In this document: positions 1 through 13,290 of the stretch, piece by piece | How positions within the stretch are numbered: position 1 is the first letter of the stretch | Layout: the number at the start of each line of letters is the position of its first letter | Source: Phoronis australis | Taxonomy: Eukaryota > Animalia > Phoronida | Assembly: GCA_002633005.1 (NCBI GenBank) | Contig: NMRA01000177.1 | Coordinates: 124,001-188,000 of the forward strand | DNA: 64,000 nt | Direction of reading: 5' to 3' | Program-made: the position numbers and the translations under genes | Notes under the pieces: model-generated | The model's input: the letters and a program-made list of their open reading frames with translations, nothing else | What the model was told of the DNA's origin: nothing | Databases searched by the model: none

Positions 1-219
1 ACAGGAAACAACAACTGGCTCTGCTTCATCATTCCTTCTTTGGTCCAAGATTTAGCTGGGACCTTGAGTTCTTCTATGGTAGTAGCCACTCGTACAACAG
101 CTCCAGCATGTACTTCCTGTCTAACGGCTGCTGCGGTATCCATAAAACCACCTACAATGGCATACTTGGCTGTGGATGGAATGTCAAATGGACCGACGTT
201 GAGGTGTGGAGGGTTGTTG
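1..219 (+). CDS. PAN-TLDc paralog A: 3' part of the TLDc-domain exon (5' part outside the window)
   Basis: The frame from position 3 reads RKQQLALLHHSFFGPRFSWDLEFFYGSSHSYNSS...GCGWNVKWTDVEVWRVV. It has the TLDc motifs GPxF..DL and xDVEVW and a G|GTAAG donor at 220, and it aligns with 24470-24685. Confidence 0.85.
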
Positions 220-480
220 GTAAGACTTCATTCTCTCTCCTCTTTGGAATTGTTATTTTTATGTACTTCTATCACGCAATGTGGATTTATAAATGTGATT
301 TTTTACCAAACTGCATTTTGAAAAACAGGTTAATATGTAATATTTCACTTGTCAAAACTGCAGGTTCAGTAAGACAGAGGTAGGTTCTTTGGATAATCAT
401 ATGACAAATGAAATTTTTTCATTTTGTTTACCTACTTTTGTGATTTATGATATTTTTATTATTGCACGTTTGATGTTTTT

Positions 481-3400
481 GTGACTATTATCCATAAAAT
501 TGTGGAAAGTTATTAAAGCGGTATTAAACCCATCCATGTTTTCTGTCAAAAAAGTTTTGATTTAAAACGCTTGGTATTACAAAATTGGCATCAAATTATT
601 CCTCATTCAGTTTAAAAGCGATGTTTGGGCTCGAGAAAATTTACGATCCTACAAACACGCACCTAACCCGAGGATTACAACTGGTATCCTGAAATCAATT
701 CGTTTCAAAGACATGCTCTACATACCGACCCTTTGCAACTCACACTTTGTCTGAATAATCTCAACATGTCAGCGCAAAAATACACTCTGGACTTAAATTT
801 CAACTGAGTGACGCTGCGTCCTCTTCGAGTGTTTTCACTATACGAAGTGCCATGGTGGTGATGACGTAAACGGTGGGGAATGAAACAGAGCGTGCGGACC
901 TAAGCCAGTTCTAGAGGGTTGGACTCTTAATTCGCTGAGAGGTGCATTCAACTTGTTCGTTGACAGATTCCTTAACACCACGTTTGAACCAATATTCGCC
1001 ACGATCCAAGATGGTCCTTTCTCAAAAGTTATAGACGACTCACATTCCTATATCCCAGAACGAGGCTAGTACTGTTAAGTCAACAGGAAGGTGTCTGTTT
1101 ACAGTACTGACCTATTTACAGAGAGAAGCCAAAATGAAATTTAAATTCACACCTTTTCAAGTTTGATGGGACCTATTTGTTGGTCCAGTTTTTATAACCT
1201 TACCGACTTGTTAACATTTATGTTTATTGCCGCGTTTTTTCAAGACAGTCGGTCACGAGAGATTCAGATTACGACTGTTGGTTCCTGGTCGACTCTATTT
1301 CTCGGTTCTCAGGTTTTGCTGTTCTGAAGTGGCCACACTGGGTAAATTACCTGTAAAATGCGATTTTCCAAATGGCATTTCAGATGTCATTGAGCGTTTT
1401 AGTTTCTTGCCCCCATCTACAAATGCTTACGCCTATTAAAGACCAGTATTAGTTTTGCTGAGGCCAGGCAGGGATCTTCGACGTGGTATCGCTAATTCTT
1501 ACGTTTATACAACGTAAGATATAAGGTAGATAGAGAATCCTATACGAGTCTAGAAATTGTTTCTCACATGAACCGAAAAACTATCTTTTTGCCAAAAAAC
1601 TCAGCGTGTCTAAAACCTTCGACCACGTTACGCAACTTTAGTAAAATCATGCTTGCGCACTGTAAAGTAAACCCAGTTACTTTTTGTTAATAACTTTACT
1701 TTCAACTTAACATTAGTAAATTGCATTTAGGTTTCGTGACAAACGTTCAAGTTAGAATCTAATAAATATTCTTTGAATTTGTAACATTAAAACTTAACAA
1801 ATGTTTATAAACAGTCAGTAAGTCTTCCCCCGCGTGATCACTGAATTGACCTCCGAACTAAACTGGCTATCGCTTATTTCTACCCTTATTAAGTTTTCAC
1901 AACTAAGGATATAAGGTAAACGGTCTCTAAAACGACTTATTACTCACTTAGTGGTTATTTGCCGATCAAATATCACTGTTTTTGTCTCCGACACTTCTGT
2001 ACAGCTGCAATAAGTGAAGAGCATCACCAGGTTGAATTAATTGGGTCGCAAAGTAGGGAATGAAGAGATAGCCAAAGCATACAACCACAATTTATGATGT
2101 TACATTTTGCACACATCAGCGGCATCTAGCGATAAACATAAGAAGTCCATAATATAGGGAATGCACTGAGTAACAGTGTCTTATGTAGGAATAAAGCGTG
2201 TCACATTCAATGCACACCAGCGTCACTAATGTGCAATCTTGAAGCTAGGAACCAGTACAGTTTGAAGGTAAAGGCTTCAACATTAAACCACAGTGCTTAT
2301 ACTGCTGCCAACTTGAACAGACTTTTTCTCATACACCCTTGAAAACACGTTAAAATGCGACAAAACAGTTCACCCTTCATGATAATGTCTTCCTAATACG
2401 GATGATAATGTAATGATCTATGTGATTGTTTCAGATGGGTCCTGCTATGCTGGCAAGCCAGGGTGCACTACGTAAACCGAACAACCCGTGTTCATCTGTA
2501 TACGTTTAATGGGGGAAATATACCGGACGTTCTCGTATATTAAGACGTATCGATGTAGTAGGAATTCAATTGTCGTAAATTCAATGTGATCTACTGAACT
2601 ACTGAAGATTTCCAAAGGTGTCCTCATCAACTGAGCTCCCCATGTATTTTTTTTTATTTATTTATTTGTTTATATATTTATTGATTGCTCATCTCTCGAG
2701 AACCTGACTTGCTCTGTCGAAGATCGCTTTCCAGTACAGCCCTCCAGGACAAGTGGGTAATTAGACACAGATTGATGATAAATTAGTGATACGAGAAATT
2801 TTATACAATCTGCAGTGAACCAATGCCTTTCTACGTGTTGGTTTTGGGGGTTCAGTCGTCTGATATCTCAGACGGTGTGATTTGGACTCAGTAGTAGATA
2901 TTAGTAGAAGCTCTATAGGAATCGAGAGTCTGAAGAACAACAGCACCTTTGTTGGTTCATTGATAGGTTTTTCGCTGGGCAGACCCCTGTGGGTAAGACG
3001 TCATCATTAAATGCTCGCAAATGACGCAAAATGTTAGTTGATTTCTTATTACGCTAATCATTTTTCAGCCATGCACCATAAGAGTAAAACTGTCAAACTG
3101 ACTGGAACATGTATTTGAAGTCCATGGTTGCTTTCTATTTTGAGGATGATATTCATTTTCAATTCCACCAAGAGAGCTTCCTTGAATATGCAGTCATCAA
3201 CCCGCCTTACGAAATCTCAGGTTCACTAAAAAGCTGTTTAAAATACTCCGTTCAGTTAGCATTTGTATTTTGTAATGGAATATAACGGACAAACGCGACA
3301 TACATCTTACACGGGTTGTCTATCTATTAATAAATCACGCAATATGTACTTACATGTACATATGTCATACGTTGTTACGGATATTCAAAGTGACTTACCG

Positions 3401-3600
3401 TGGTCACATGTCTTGCAAACATCTGTGGGGTTTTAACGGTATGGATTCCTGGTAGGTTATGAGAGAAATATCATATATTGTGTTATCATATCACAATGTT
3501 TTGCATTGCATTGCATTGTATTCTTTCTTGCTGTTATATCTTATTGTTTTTTCAAATTACAATATCACATGTTAATAGCATACTTCCCTTTGTTGATTTG
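481..3600 (+). repeat. Segmental (tandem) duplication block homologous to about 26110-31450
   Basis: Colinear matches seen by eye: 481-690/26110-26293, 1110-1500/29033-29410, 1860-2480/29850-30460 and 2640-3600/30520-31450. Confidence 0.85.
2435..2475 (+). CDS. PAN-TLDc paralog A: short terminal coding exon (D)GSCYAGKPGCTT*
   Basis: Acceptor ttgtttcag| is phase-1 compatible with the donor at 219. The homologous segment at 30410-30450 differs by two synonymous third-position changes (cca/ccg, act/acg) and one replacement, and has the same TAA. Confidence 0.75.
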
Positions 3601-5429
3601 ATGGCTATTTGTAATTACATTGTGTAGTTGTTGTGATACAAAATGTAGCTTTCTGTTTTCAGCGGAATGTGGCGAGTGATATGAAGATATATCAATTCTG
3701 AAATTTGCTGCAGCAAAATACAAAAACAATGAGCGGCAATTGTGGAGCAATTTAGGTATAGATCAATTAAAATTTGATATCAGCATCGTTTGAAGCCAAA
3801 AGCATGAACAATTCTACGGTGCTTTCAATAAAACAAAATTGGCACTAAGTACGCGAACACCTTTTATTTCAAACAATAACTAAAACATTGTCTTCTGCTT
3901 CCGAATTACGAATGGTAGCAAAAAGAACACCCGTGAAAATAATTAAAATCTACTCAAATTTACCACATTGAAGTAGTAATTGAGGACAATAATCTTCATG
4001 AACTGGTATTTAAGTAGTCACATACTCATTGTTTGAAGGTTTCTTGTGTCGCTCTTGTCAGCGGTAAACTTCGTCTGTGGCCAATCAGCGTTCAGAAGGG
4101 ACGTTTCCTCATGACACATCAACTGATTGAGCCCATTAGCGCCATCTTGAGGCTTGAAGACGAGGATGATGTAATGAGCAACTTGCACAATTTTGTCGGC
4201 GCTAAGTTCCCAAGTAACATGTGTCGCTGGTTTCTACCATAGAACTGTAGGAATAGAATGCCAACTCCAGCGCGTGGCCTGTATAATCTGACGTTAGAGC
4301 TTCTGACACTGAAATTTCACGGGACTTGCCGCGAGAGTTTGCACTGTGAATATCTGGTTGTCCTGTCAACTGAAGTTTGACCGATTGTTGCAGTTATCGA
4401 CTCGAGTCTAATTTCATTGCTTCAAGTTGTCACATAAACATAGTCGAAATTTAGATAGTGAACGAAAATCTGTAACCATTTTCGAGCACCTATCAAACTA
4501 CATGTTAGAAGATTTTCAAGCAAGACATCTTAGGTGTCAAAATCATGTTGCAGTATTTTATGCATTCTTATTGTTTGTTCTGCAGTTGTAAATGACAAGT
4601 TTTATAACACCTTTCTATAACTTACAAACAACTACTCGTGTATTTATTTGCCCAGCTAAATGTGTGTCTCTGTGCATGTAAATATTATTAATATTTTGAA
4701 TTGTTTAACATCTCTTTTAGTTCTATTTCTGAGCAGTAATGGCTTGTGTGTAAAATATACTCGAGAAATAAAATTAAAAATGTAAAGTATATCTTGTAAA
4801 ATAATCCAATATTTCGTGTTAGTGAGAGCGTACTCGGAGCTGTCTCGCTCTTGGTCGATTGTCACTCTTTTTAAATTTTTCTGCCATCCCGTTACACAGT
4901 CAGTATTTTTCCTTTTTTGTTAATTGGTGGAATTGACATATTGTCACATATCATTGAGATTTCCCACTTGACGTAGCCTATTTTCCCCCTCGACCAAAAA
5001 AAAACGCTGTTAATGGACCGTTGTGGCACCCACAATTTCTTGTTCTACAGAAAATCAAGCGCTTCTAAGTGTTACGAACAGCTTCTTATTTAATTCAAAC
5101 TTTTTAAATCTAGTTCTAGCCGGGTAGCAGGTAGTGGGAAACGCCGAGGGGAAATAGCTACACCTGAGAGTGACACGATCGAGTGTTCATCGCAGGAGAC
5201 AGGAATACTTCTTGAAGAGACCGTGTCCAAAGCTTCAAGCAGAATTTCTGTCACCTGTCAAATTTTAGAAGGCAATTAAGGTGCGCGGCTGTGGGATTCT
5301 TCCGCTAGTTCTTTCCAGAGCATTTGACCCTGTCGTGACACAAAGTACGGTAATCAGATATTCTTCAGTTTAAAGTGAAAACTAAGAATGCATTTAAAAT
5401 ATTGTATAGTACACAAAGTATATAGATGT

Positions 5430-6600
5430 CAGTGGCGGATTTAGAGGGGGGGCAAGGGGGTCATTGATTTTGGCAGCGACAGGCCCGATGAATTATATAT
5501 GCGACGGAGCCGGAGGGAGTGAAATTAAGCCAACGGAGTGACGTCAACCAGGCCTTTGAGCCGACCGACTGACGCCACCAAGGCCAGTACGAAACTGGCC
5601 ACCCTCTCTCCGCGTCCGCAAAAAACTGCCCGCGAGAAAAAAGTAAAACACCTCGAATCCAAACAGGGGGCCGGTGTAATACCTGGGACCAAAGCGGTGC
5701 CGAAACGGGCACAACGAAGGTCTGTAGTGGAGCGGGGGAGACGGAGTTTGTGCAAATGACGAATTTTATAAAATAGGTAATTTTACTTTTCATGGATAAA
5801 AATGGGGACACCCGCATAAATATATGTGTTTCCACATAAAATAGGATTATATGTCTGCACACCTATTAGTAATGCTTGACCTGCAAAGTCTCTGTTTGTA
5901 ACTAGGTATACCAAAGACCGGACGGGTCAATCTATATAAATATGTCTGGACCCGTCATGACGAGTACATTTATATTTATACAGGTTGACCCGCTGGGGGC
6001 TTCTAAGTGTTACGGCATCCATAATGTGTCGTTCTGAGCCCTACATCGACAGGTACTTTGGTAATTTTGTCTACTGCCTTGGAATATCAGTTTCCCTCAG
6101 TGGCGAAGTCATTTCCTTTGATTTTTCATACGTGTTTCCTGGTTTATATTGTCATCAAGTGGAGTCCACGTGTGATATTTTTGGCCTGCTAAACGGCATT
6201 TATCTCCCTTGAATTTGGCCACTTTTGATCCGACGATGTAGGACCTAATATGCCTTTAAATATTCAATGTAAGCAGTCGGTGAACTTGCTTTTCAGAGAA
6301 TTGCTCAATGATAAAATCAAAGTCAACAGAGTCCAGAATTTCGTTTTCTATTTTAGCTATAGGTAAATTCATCGCAAGGAAACAGATAACGAGCGTTTTA
6401 GCCAATGATATCATTTGTACAAAACTATACACCGAGCCTTTAGAATCAAGGATGTAGGCTTTCTTTAATGTGCATGGAATGGGGTCTATTGTCGCTACAT
6501 AATGTGCGTGCGTTATCAAAATCATTGTCGTGTTCGGTGTTAGGAACAAGTCGAAAAACAAAGATGTTGTCATACCCTACACTTTACTACTGACATTAAA
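5430..6600 (-). mobile_element. Degenerate hAT transposon remnant (terminus plus C-terminal dimerisation-domain fragment)
   Basis: CAGTGGCGGATTTAG terminus at 5430. Minus-strand 6256-6400 reads NLPIAKIENEILDSVDFDFIIEQFSEKQVHRLL, resembling the hATC tail. The distal boundary is uncertain. Confidence 0.55.
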
Positions 6601-7159
6601 AAATGTTGGTCTCCAAGTTCATCAAACTATCATCTTTCTGATGGCAGTCAATGATATCATCTGAAAGTGGGTTTTGATATTGAAAAAGGTGGTGACACTC
6701 CGTAACATGAGAGGTTAATGATTTCTTAGAATGAAAGAGGACCATATATGACCGATTAAGAATTACTGCGAATTGTCAGACAAAGTAGTTGCACAAATGA
6801 TTTAAGTAAATTTGTGTATAGCAAGTGAAGACAAAGACATAACTTCATCTAAAATGTGAAAGTATCATTTTTGAAAAAAATCCGCAAATGTTGAGATTTG
6901 CCTTTTAAACGATACCAAATAGTGGTCTGATGATTTCCACGAATCCTCGTTCTGTCACCTGCTTAAAGCATCACTGACGTTAACCTTACAAGTTATAGGC
7001 ACGATTCAATTACAAATTCATTTTCCATGTGTCACAGATTGGACACTATGGTCCATGGTGGGTGGTCTTTTCCCACAGTTGCCGTGCGATCAGTAAGTCA
7101 CGCTAGTCCGTTTAGAAGAGTTTCAACTTTTCCTCCAAACTTTTGAGGGTTGTCGAGGG

Positions 7160-8000
7160 TTACAGAGAATTATTTTGCTTCAGAGAACTGGATGGGAAAG
7201 TCGTTGTTAATATCTGTTTAAGGCCAAAACCGGGTTTGGTATACATTTAAGCTATAGACGCTCTTGTCAATTCAAATTTTATGCGACCAAAACGTGAGAA
7301 AGACCGATAAATTGTTCACATAGCAACAGAAAGCTGTTCGTCGTTTTGTAAAAATATATTTTTGATGGACGTACAATTGGGTTTGGGATGTAAAAGCACT
7401 TTTGAGATCGCTGTGTAGAACAGACCTCTCAAAGTTGTTCACCTTAACCAGTGCTTTAAAATGGTAAAAATCCGACTTTGTTTTAGTGATTTCATTAGGA
7501 GTTCCCTCCTCCAGATTATGACTTCCAGTGATTTTTGTACAGTTAACTGAAATCGAGACTGAAAACCTTGGGCTCGTGTCAAGAAAAAAGACTTAACTAA
7601 GAGAAATATTGAATTTCATTAAACTTTAAGATAAAACTTAAATTTGTCTCACAACCGTTTCAAGAAAGAAATATTAAGTTTGTCTTAGGTTCTTCACTTA
7701 CGTTTTGTCTTAATTTTAACTATATTACTTGGTGTACAAGTTTTAAAGTTTGCAAGTTGAGGTAAATCTTAGACTTAAGTAAAAAATGAACTTAAGACAG
7801 TTTTTTGGAACGAGGGACTTATCAGTGAAATGATCTCGAAATACGCAGTTACTTGTATTGTCTCTGGCTCAAATAGTAAAGTGTTCAATTGCCACCACTA
7901 AAGTAGTAGGTTCGGTTCCGTCTTGGACTAAACTCACGCATATCTATAGGAAGTGGGGTATTGCAGGCAAGGGAACTAATGCCCCGAATCATGAAATTGG
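7160..8000 (+). repeat. Direct duplicate of about 16570-17380, including a Harbinger-like MITE and a tRNA-like SINE head
   Basis: Colinear match starting at tttgcttcagagaactggatggga. MITE at about 7570-7817 (copy at 16956-17166 has termini ggactcgttccaagaaa...tttcttggagcgagcc). Confidence 0.8.
7863..7930 (+). mobile_element. tRNA-derived SINE head (second copy at about 17217-17282)
   Basis: A-box-like TGGCTCAAATAG and B-box-like GGTTCGGTTCC at tRNA spacing. There is no intact cloverleaf. Confidence 0.5.
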
Positions 8001-8629
8001 GAGCAGTGCCCTCCCCTCCCTGAACATTGTCGATGGAGTGAAAACGCCACGAGTTCTTGTGTATTCTAAGTTCAAGTAGACCTATGCTTTCTTGAGATTA
8101 TCAAACTTCCAAGTTCAAGCCCTTGGCCCACTTTAAATATTTGTCCTCCACAAGACACTGGGATTTTCATTGACATTCACTTCGCCATCCATTTTTTCTT
8201 GGTGCACCACAACAAAAATAAAAACTGAGCTAAACTCTGTATTAAATTCAGTATACTTTAAAAAAAATCAATGTCATGACAAAAAAGCATTATCTGTGCT
8301 TAGGTTCCGAATAGAAGTGTTTACGTAAAGATCCGTTTCATGAAGTTCTTAACAGAAATGAAGCGAAAATAGTATTTTTAAGACGCATCAATGCATGCGC
8401 CCACTCAAGGGGGGCTAGGTGGGCACGAACGAGCCCCCATTTGGCGAAGTGGCAAAAAGGTCAGCCTCAGGGAAACAAAAAGTCCGAGAAAAGGCGCAAA
8501 CGCACAATTCACAGCTCTGAACGTGATATCCCGTTTTTCTAGTCCTCCCTCTTTTTTGTTAGTAAAAGGTCCACATCGTCAGGAATTCGAGCCCCCCCCC
8601 ATATTAAAGGTTGGACGCGCGCGTGCAAT

Positions 8630-9340
8630 GTAAATGAAGTAGGAATTCCATAGTCTTATATTCAATGTGATGAACAGCGAGAGATTTCCGAAGGAGTCTC
8701 CACCAAGAGAGATCCCCACGAAAGTACTTTATATGTATTTATTTGTTTATTTCTTTATTGATTATCTCTCGAGAATTGCTTTATTTCTCAGACATGTACC
8801 ATAACAACCAAACTGTCAAACCCTGACTGCAACATGTATTTGAAGTCCATGGCTGCCTTCTATTTTTGTTATAACATTCATTTTCAATTCCACCAATCAC
8901 AAAGAGCTTGCTGGTGTATGCAGTCACGTCTTGAAAATTCCCACTTTCACTCGAAAAAGTTGTTTAAAATACTCCGCTTAATTAGCAATTGTAGTCTGTC
9001 AATAAATGTGAAATAGAATTGAAAAATATAAAGTATACCTGGTAATTTATTTCAAAAACTCGTGTTCGTGAGAGCGTACAAGGTAGCTGTTCCGCTCCTG
9101 GTGGACTGTCACACTTTTTGAACTTTTCCCGCCGTCCCGTTACATGGTCAAAATGTACTGCTTTTTGCTACTCAGCGGAAATGACATAGAGAGTATTGTC
9201 ACATATCATTGAGATTTCCAACGCGACGTAGTCCTATTTTACTCTTCGAAAAACGCCATGTTTATGGACCTTTGTGGCACCCGCAATTGCTCGTTCCTCT
9301 AAAAAACAAGAAGAGTCTTCGAGCGCTTTTGTGTGTTACG
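8630..9340 (+). repeat. Third, deleted copy of the PAN-TLDc downstream flank (matches 2550-3270 and 4810-5070)
   Basis: Shared strings include ggaattc...ttcaatgtgat, aacatgtatttgaagtccatgg and gtgagagcgtac...ttgtcacatatcattgagatttcc. Confidence 0.7.
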
Positions 9341-10904
9341 GCTCTCATAATCTCTCGTTTTACAAAAACACTATCGGGGTGTTTTTGTGTAATGCCTGGA
9401 ACATTTCACCCGTGTGTTTTGACCTAGACCCTTTTGTTCCGCGTTTCATCCTTATGTCCCGCTGTACAGCCTTGTTCCGTTTTTTTAATTGATTTGTCTA
9501 ATGATGACAACTATGCAACAGACTCCACTTTTTTCGGGAAAAAATGTGTCCCAATGTCTCTGGTTTACGGTGACACACGTACATGTATGAGTATCACTAA
9601 TGTTTACTTTGTGAAGAAAAGGAAGTTATTTCTAAATTTCTAGGTAAAGTCCTAATCTGGAATCAATGGCATGCGTCGTGACATCGGACAAAAGACTGTG
9701 CCTGGCGATTACAGCCTGCCTTAAATGGAGTTCTGTTATTTTAGGTGTACTGGGATAACGAGATAGTGGTAACAAAGCCTTAGCAACACAAGAAAACGCG
9801 ACTTTAATCACTAAACTGTAGGCCTGTCAAATGGTAGGTGAACATGCCTTTCCCTGCCATATTGCGTCACCGCGAGATCCAGGCAGATTGAGTAGAGTGA
9901 AAATAGAATACCGTTATTCACAACTGTTTGAGGTAAATGGTAATTAACTGTTAACCGTGCTTTCTGCATTAAGAAATTGCCTCATTTTGCCCCCCCCCCC
10001 AGAAGACTTCCCCTGTATTTCCTAAACCACCAATTTCTGTGGTGTCATACTTCACCCAATTTCTCTCATCCCTAATGTGATCTATATTACACTGCCGGAA
10101 CATGGTTCTGAATGGCTGATCCCCCACCTTGCCGCTTGTTGTCTGTACTGTGGTCGGAGGATCCGTGGACTGATATTTTACTGTTAACCGTGCTTTCGCT
10201 CGGCGGATACCAGCTAATCGCAATATGAAGAAGAACTATTTACATGCACGAAGACCGTGAGCACATGTGGACCGAAGCACCCATAACTCGTAGAGCAGTG
10301 GTGAGATACTGCGTCTTTATGTTCGATTTTTACTCAAAAGAAAGGGAAAAACGACATGTAAGTCAATAAAACAGACACACCGACTTCATTAAACAGTGCA
10401 CTCGGAAAGCCGTGTTATTTTGTTGGTAAATCGTCCAGTCTTGTATTAAGACCTAAAGATTGGTTTATAAACATTTGGGTGTTCCCGCGTAACATCATGT
10501 AGAAAGAAAAACACAAGACAAAGAGTGCAGGCATTTTCTCGTGACAAAACTCGGGCGAAATGTGACAAAATATAAGCGATAATTGTCACGAAGCCGAGCA
10601 CCAAGTTTGGTCGCGGCAGCTGGGCCCTAAGAAGTATATAAGCGGTGGAAGACGGAGGGAGTGAAATTAATCCGACGGACTAATGTCACCCAGGCGAGCT
10701 TTCAGTAGTGCTAGAACCTACACTAGGACCTAGCTGAAATCTAGCCAGAATCACGTGTTCTCATTGAAAATCCGCGGCAATATCTCACGTAATCTCGCGA
10801 TGTCTTGCCGTTTAGCGAGGTCCTAGCGTTACTGAACGGGAGACAGGCCATTAAGCCGACGCAAGCAAACACGCTTAACTGAGTTCATTGCATTTGGCTA
10901 TTAA

Positions 10905-12597
10905 AGGAAAATGCCACCCGATTTAATTAGTCTTTTTTGCCGTCTTAATCGGTCTATATCCACATCGCCTCGCATACGGTCGACCTTACCTTGCCGAGAG
11001 GTGTCGCGTTAACCTGTCAGGAAGGTGAGAAACGACGCAGCGACGTCAGTGGTTCATCTGCAGAGTGAATGCCGCTATGAGGTGCATCGTTCCCGCTTGT
11101 CCGAACTATGCAGCTGCAAGGAAAGCGGGTATATCGTTTTATCGACTTCCTCGAGAGTTTGGAATGCTTAGGAAGTGGCTCGCAGTAGTAAAGAATGAAA
11201 AATACGCTGTAAATAGCAAGTATGAGGCCGTGAAACATCTCCGTGACTGTGGCCTGCAATCGTCGACAGTGCCTGACGAATGCCGGCTTACCAAAAGCTA
11301 TCCATACGCTCCGTTGTCTGAGCTTCTTCACGGCGCCGCTCTAGTATTTCCTTATCACTGTATTCCGGGTCGAACTGATAGCCTTTGAAACTTAACGATC
11401 CACCTGCGAAGTCTTCGTCGGGATGAGCTCTCGTCTAAGTCGGGATTGCGAGTTGCCACTTGGCATATTGACGTTTATTACTGAGCGTTTTGTTTCAAAA
11501 TGAATCATTCTCACCCTAACCAATATAAAACTTAAACAAGGTCTGTCACATTAGATGCAATTTGTAATGCCTTTGGAGTGCTCGTGAGTGCAAATGATTT
11601 CAGAAGCCAGCAATGAATAAATCACTGCGTTACTGGCTTTAAGTGCAATAAACTAATTGACGGGACATCGAGGCCGTGTGAGCTCATGCTAATTCAGTGT
11701 TTGCTGACAGAAACTGTCGGTGAAACAACTCGATTTCTATCCTACGGCCATGCGTTAGGGGAATCTTTACATTTACATTATTCAAATAATGATTTTCAAT
11801 GTACAACTTCTACCCTGACGGCTCTGTTGCCAAAGCGGAACCTGAATTCGTGGACCCCGACGATCGGGGAGTAAGTAGACTGGCAGTTTCGTGGCTAATT
11901 CACCAACATAATCACGTGCACATTACTTCTTTGGCACACTAGTATAGTATTTTATTGACTGGAAGCTTAGTTTCCAACTTTGGCTGGTTCATGTTCGTGA
12001 TCTCTTGAGTTCCGCCGGCCGCGACGGCCTGATCGGTTTCCGAGCAACTGGCCGGGATAACGAGTCAGTCCGGCCGCGACGGACCTGATTGGGCTCCGAG
12101 CCACTGGCCAGGATAACAAGCGTTTTGTGTGTTAAGAACTCAAAAAATCACAAATCTAAACAACACAAATCTAGGTTCTCCTGTCTGTATCTCACGGAAA
12201 AATACTTCGAATTTATCTCCGAACAGACCCCGAACTCCTGCTACAGACCTTGCCTGCCGAACTTTGTAGGTTACGGTGTGTCCAAATACCAATAAATCCG
12301 TAACGGCGAAATAAAAAACACGTTTTCACAAGAACTCGGTGTATTTTTAAGGGTTTTGCATTGAAGTTTGATGATTTATTGATGTTAAACGATGAATTCA
12401 GGCGATAAGCTGACACTAGTAACCCGTGTTGTGAACTGCCGAACAGACTGCGTGTGAAACCAATTACGTCATTGGATAATTTCAACACCTCCGTCTGCCG
12501 TCAGGTGTCAGAAAACGCAACCGTACGTGTCGTTGTCGAGTAGAACTACTCGATCTAAATTGATACAAATTAGGTTGTTTTTGGGTGGCATGCTCCT
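10905..12597 (+). mobile_element. Kolobok-type DNA transposon, internally deleted, with THAP-domain remnant
   Basis: TTAA on both sides (10901-10904, 12598-12601). TIRs AGGAAAATGCCACCC / GGGTGGCATGCTCCT. ORF 11065-11388 reads MRCIVPACPNY...GISFYRLP...RKWLAVV (THAP signature). Confidence 0.8.
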
Positions 12598-13114
12598 TTA
12601 AATGAGCACGCAAAATAATCGCATGTTCAACAAGCGGCATTGTACCGACATTTATACGTTACGAAAAATAAGACGCAATTTTAACAAAAACGACATTTTG
12701 ATTCATTGAAATTTAGTTTTCATTTTCTCTCACGTGTAAATCATCGATCTCCAGTTTGAATGCGGGTAACGTATCGTCGGGATCCTTTGACTTGGGCACC
12801 ATACTCAGTAACCAGTGGTAACCTACTTTAGCAAACGATATTTTCATGGTCGACGCTTAGCATAATAAAACAGGTCGTAAAGTAGACTAGTTGCTTAAGA
12901 CGTATTTTATAGATTCACTTTATTTCTGTTTTGTTTAAATTTTCATTTGGTTTTGGGTAAAAACATTATTTTAACAAAAATAACTCGGCGTTTCTTAAAA
13001 GGTCACGACCTCCGACCCCGGATCTCTGATACAGAAAATAGTTACGAAGCTGAGGCGAGTTGAGAAAGGTAGATCGATTCATTGCAATGTTTTTCGTTCA
13101 GTGTGTTGTATAAA

Positions 13115-13290
13115 TAGATTATTACATGTTCTCAGTCGTTATCCTCCTTATATATAGAGCCCTCGTGGGTTTTGTAGAATTATCACCCGAGGGGCTAACA
13201 GTAACACCCCTCGGGCGATAATTCTTCAAAATCCACTCGGACTTTTGATTATTACGGGGGATAATGAATGAGAACATGTAATATTCTAAA
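13115..13290. mobile_element. Palindromic short non-autonomous element, Crypton-like (partial second copy at 13658-13775)
   Basis: Arms tattacatgttctca...aattatcacccgagggg / cccctcgggcgataatt...tgagaacatgtaata form a hairpin. The family assignment is inferred from the structure. Confidence 0.5.

Noticed and set aside
7863-7930. Functional tRNA genes here and at 13390-13460 and 17217-17282
   Set aside because: A and B boxes are present but acceptor and anticodon stems do not pair, and they lie within repeated bodies, so they are SINE-like.
11065-11388. Domesticated THAP transcription-factor gene
   Set aside because: It lies inside TIR/TTAA-bounded elements and is degraded differently in the two copies.
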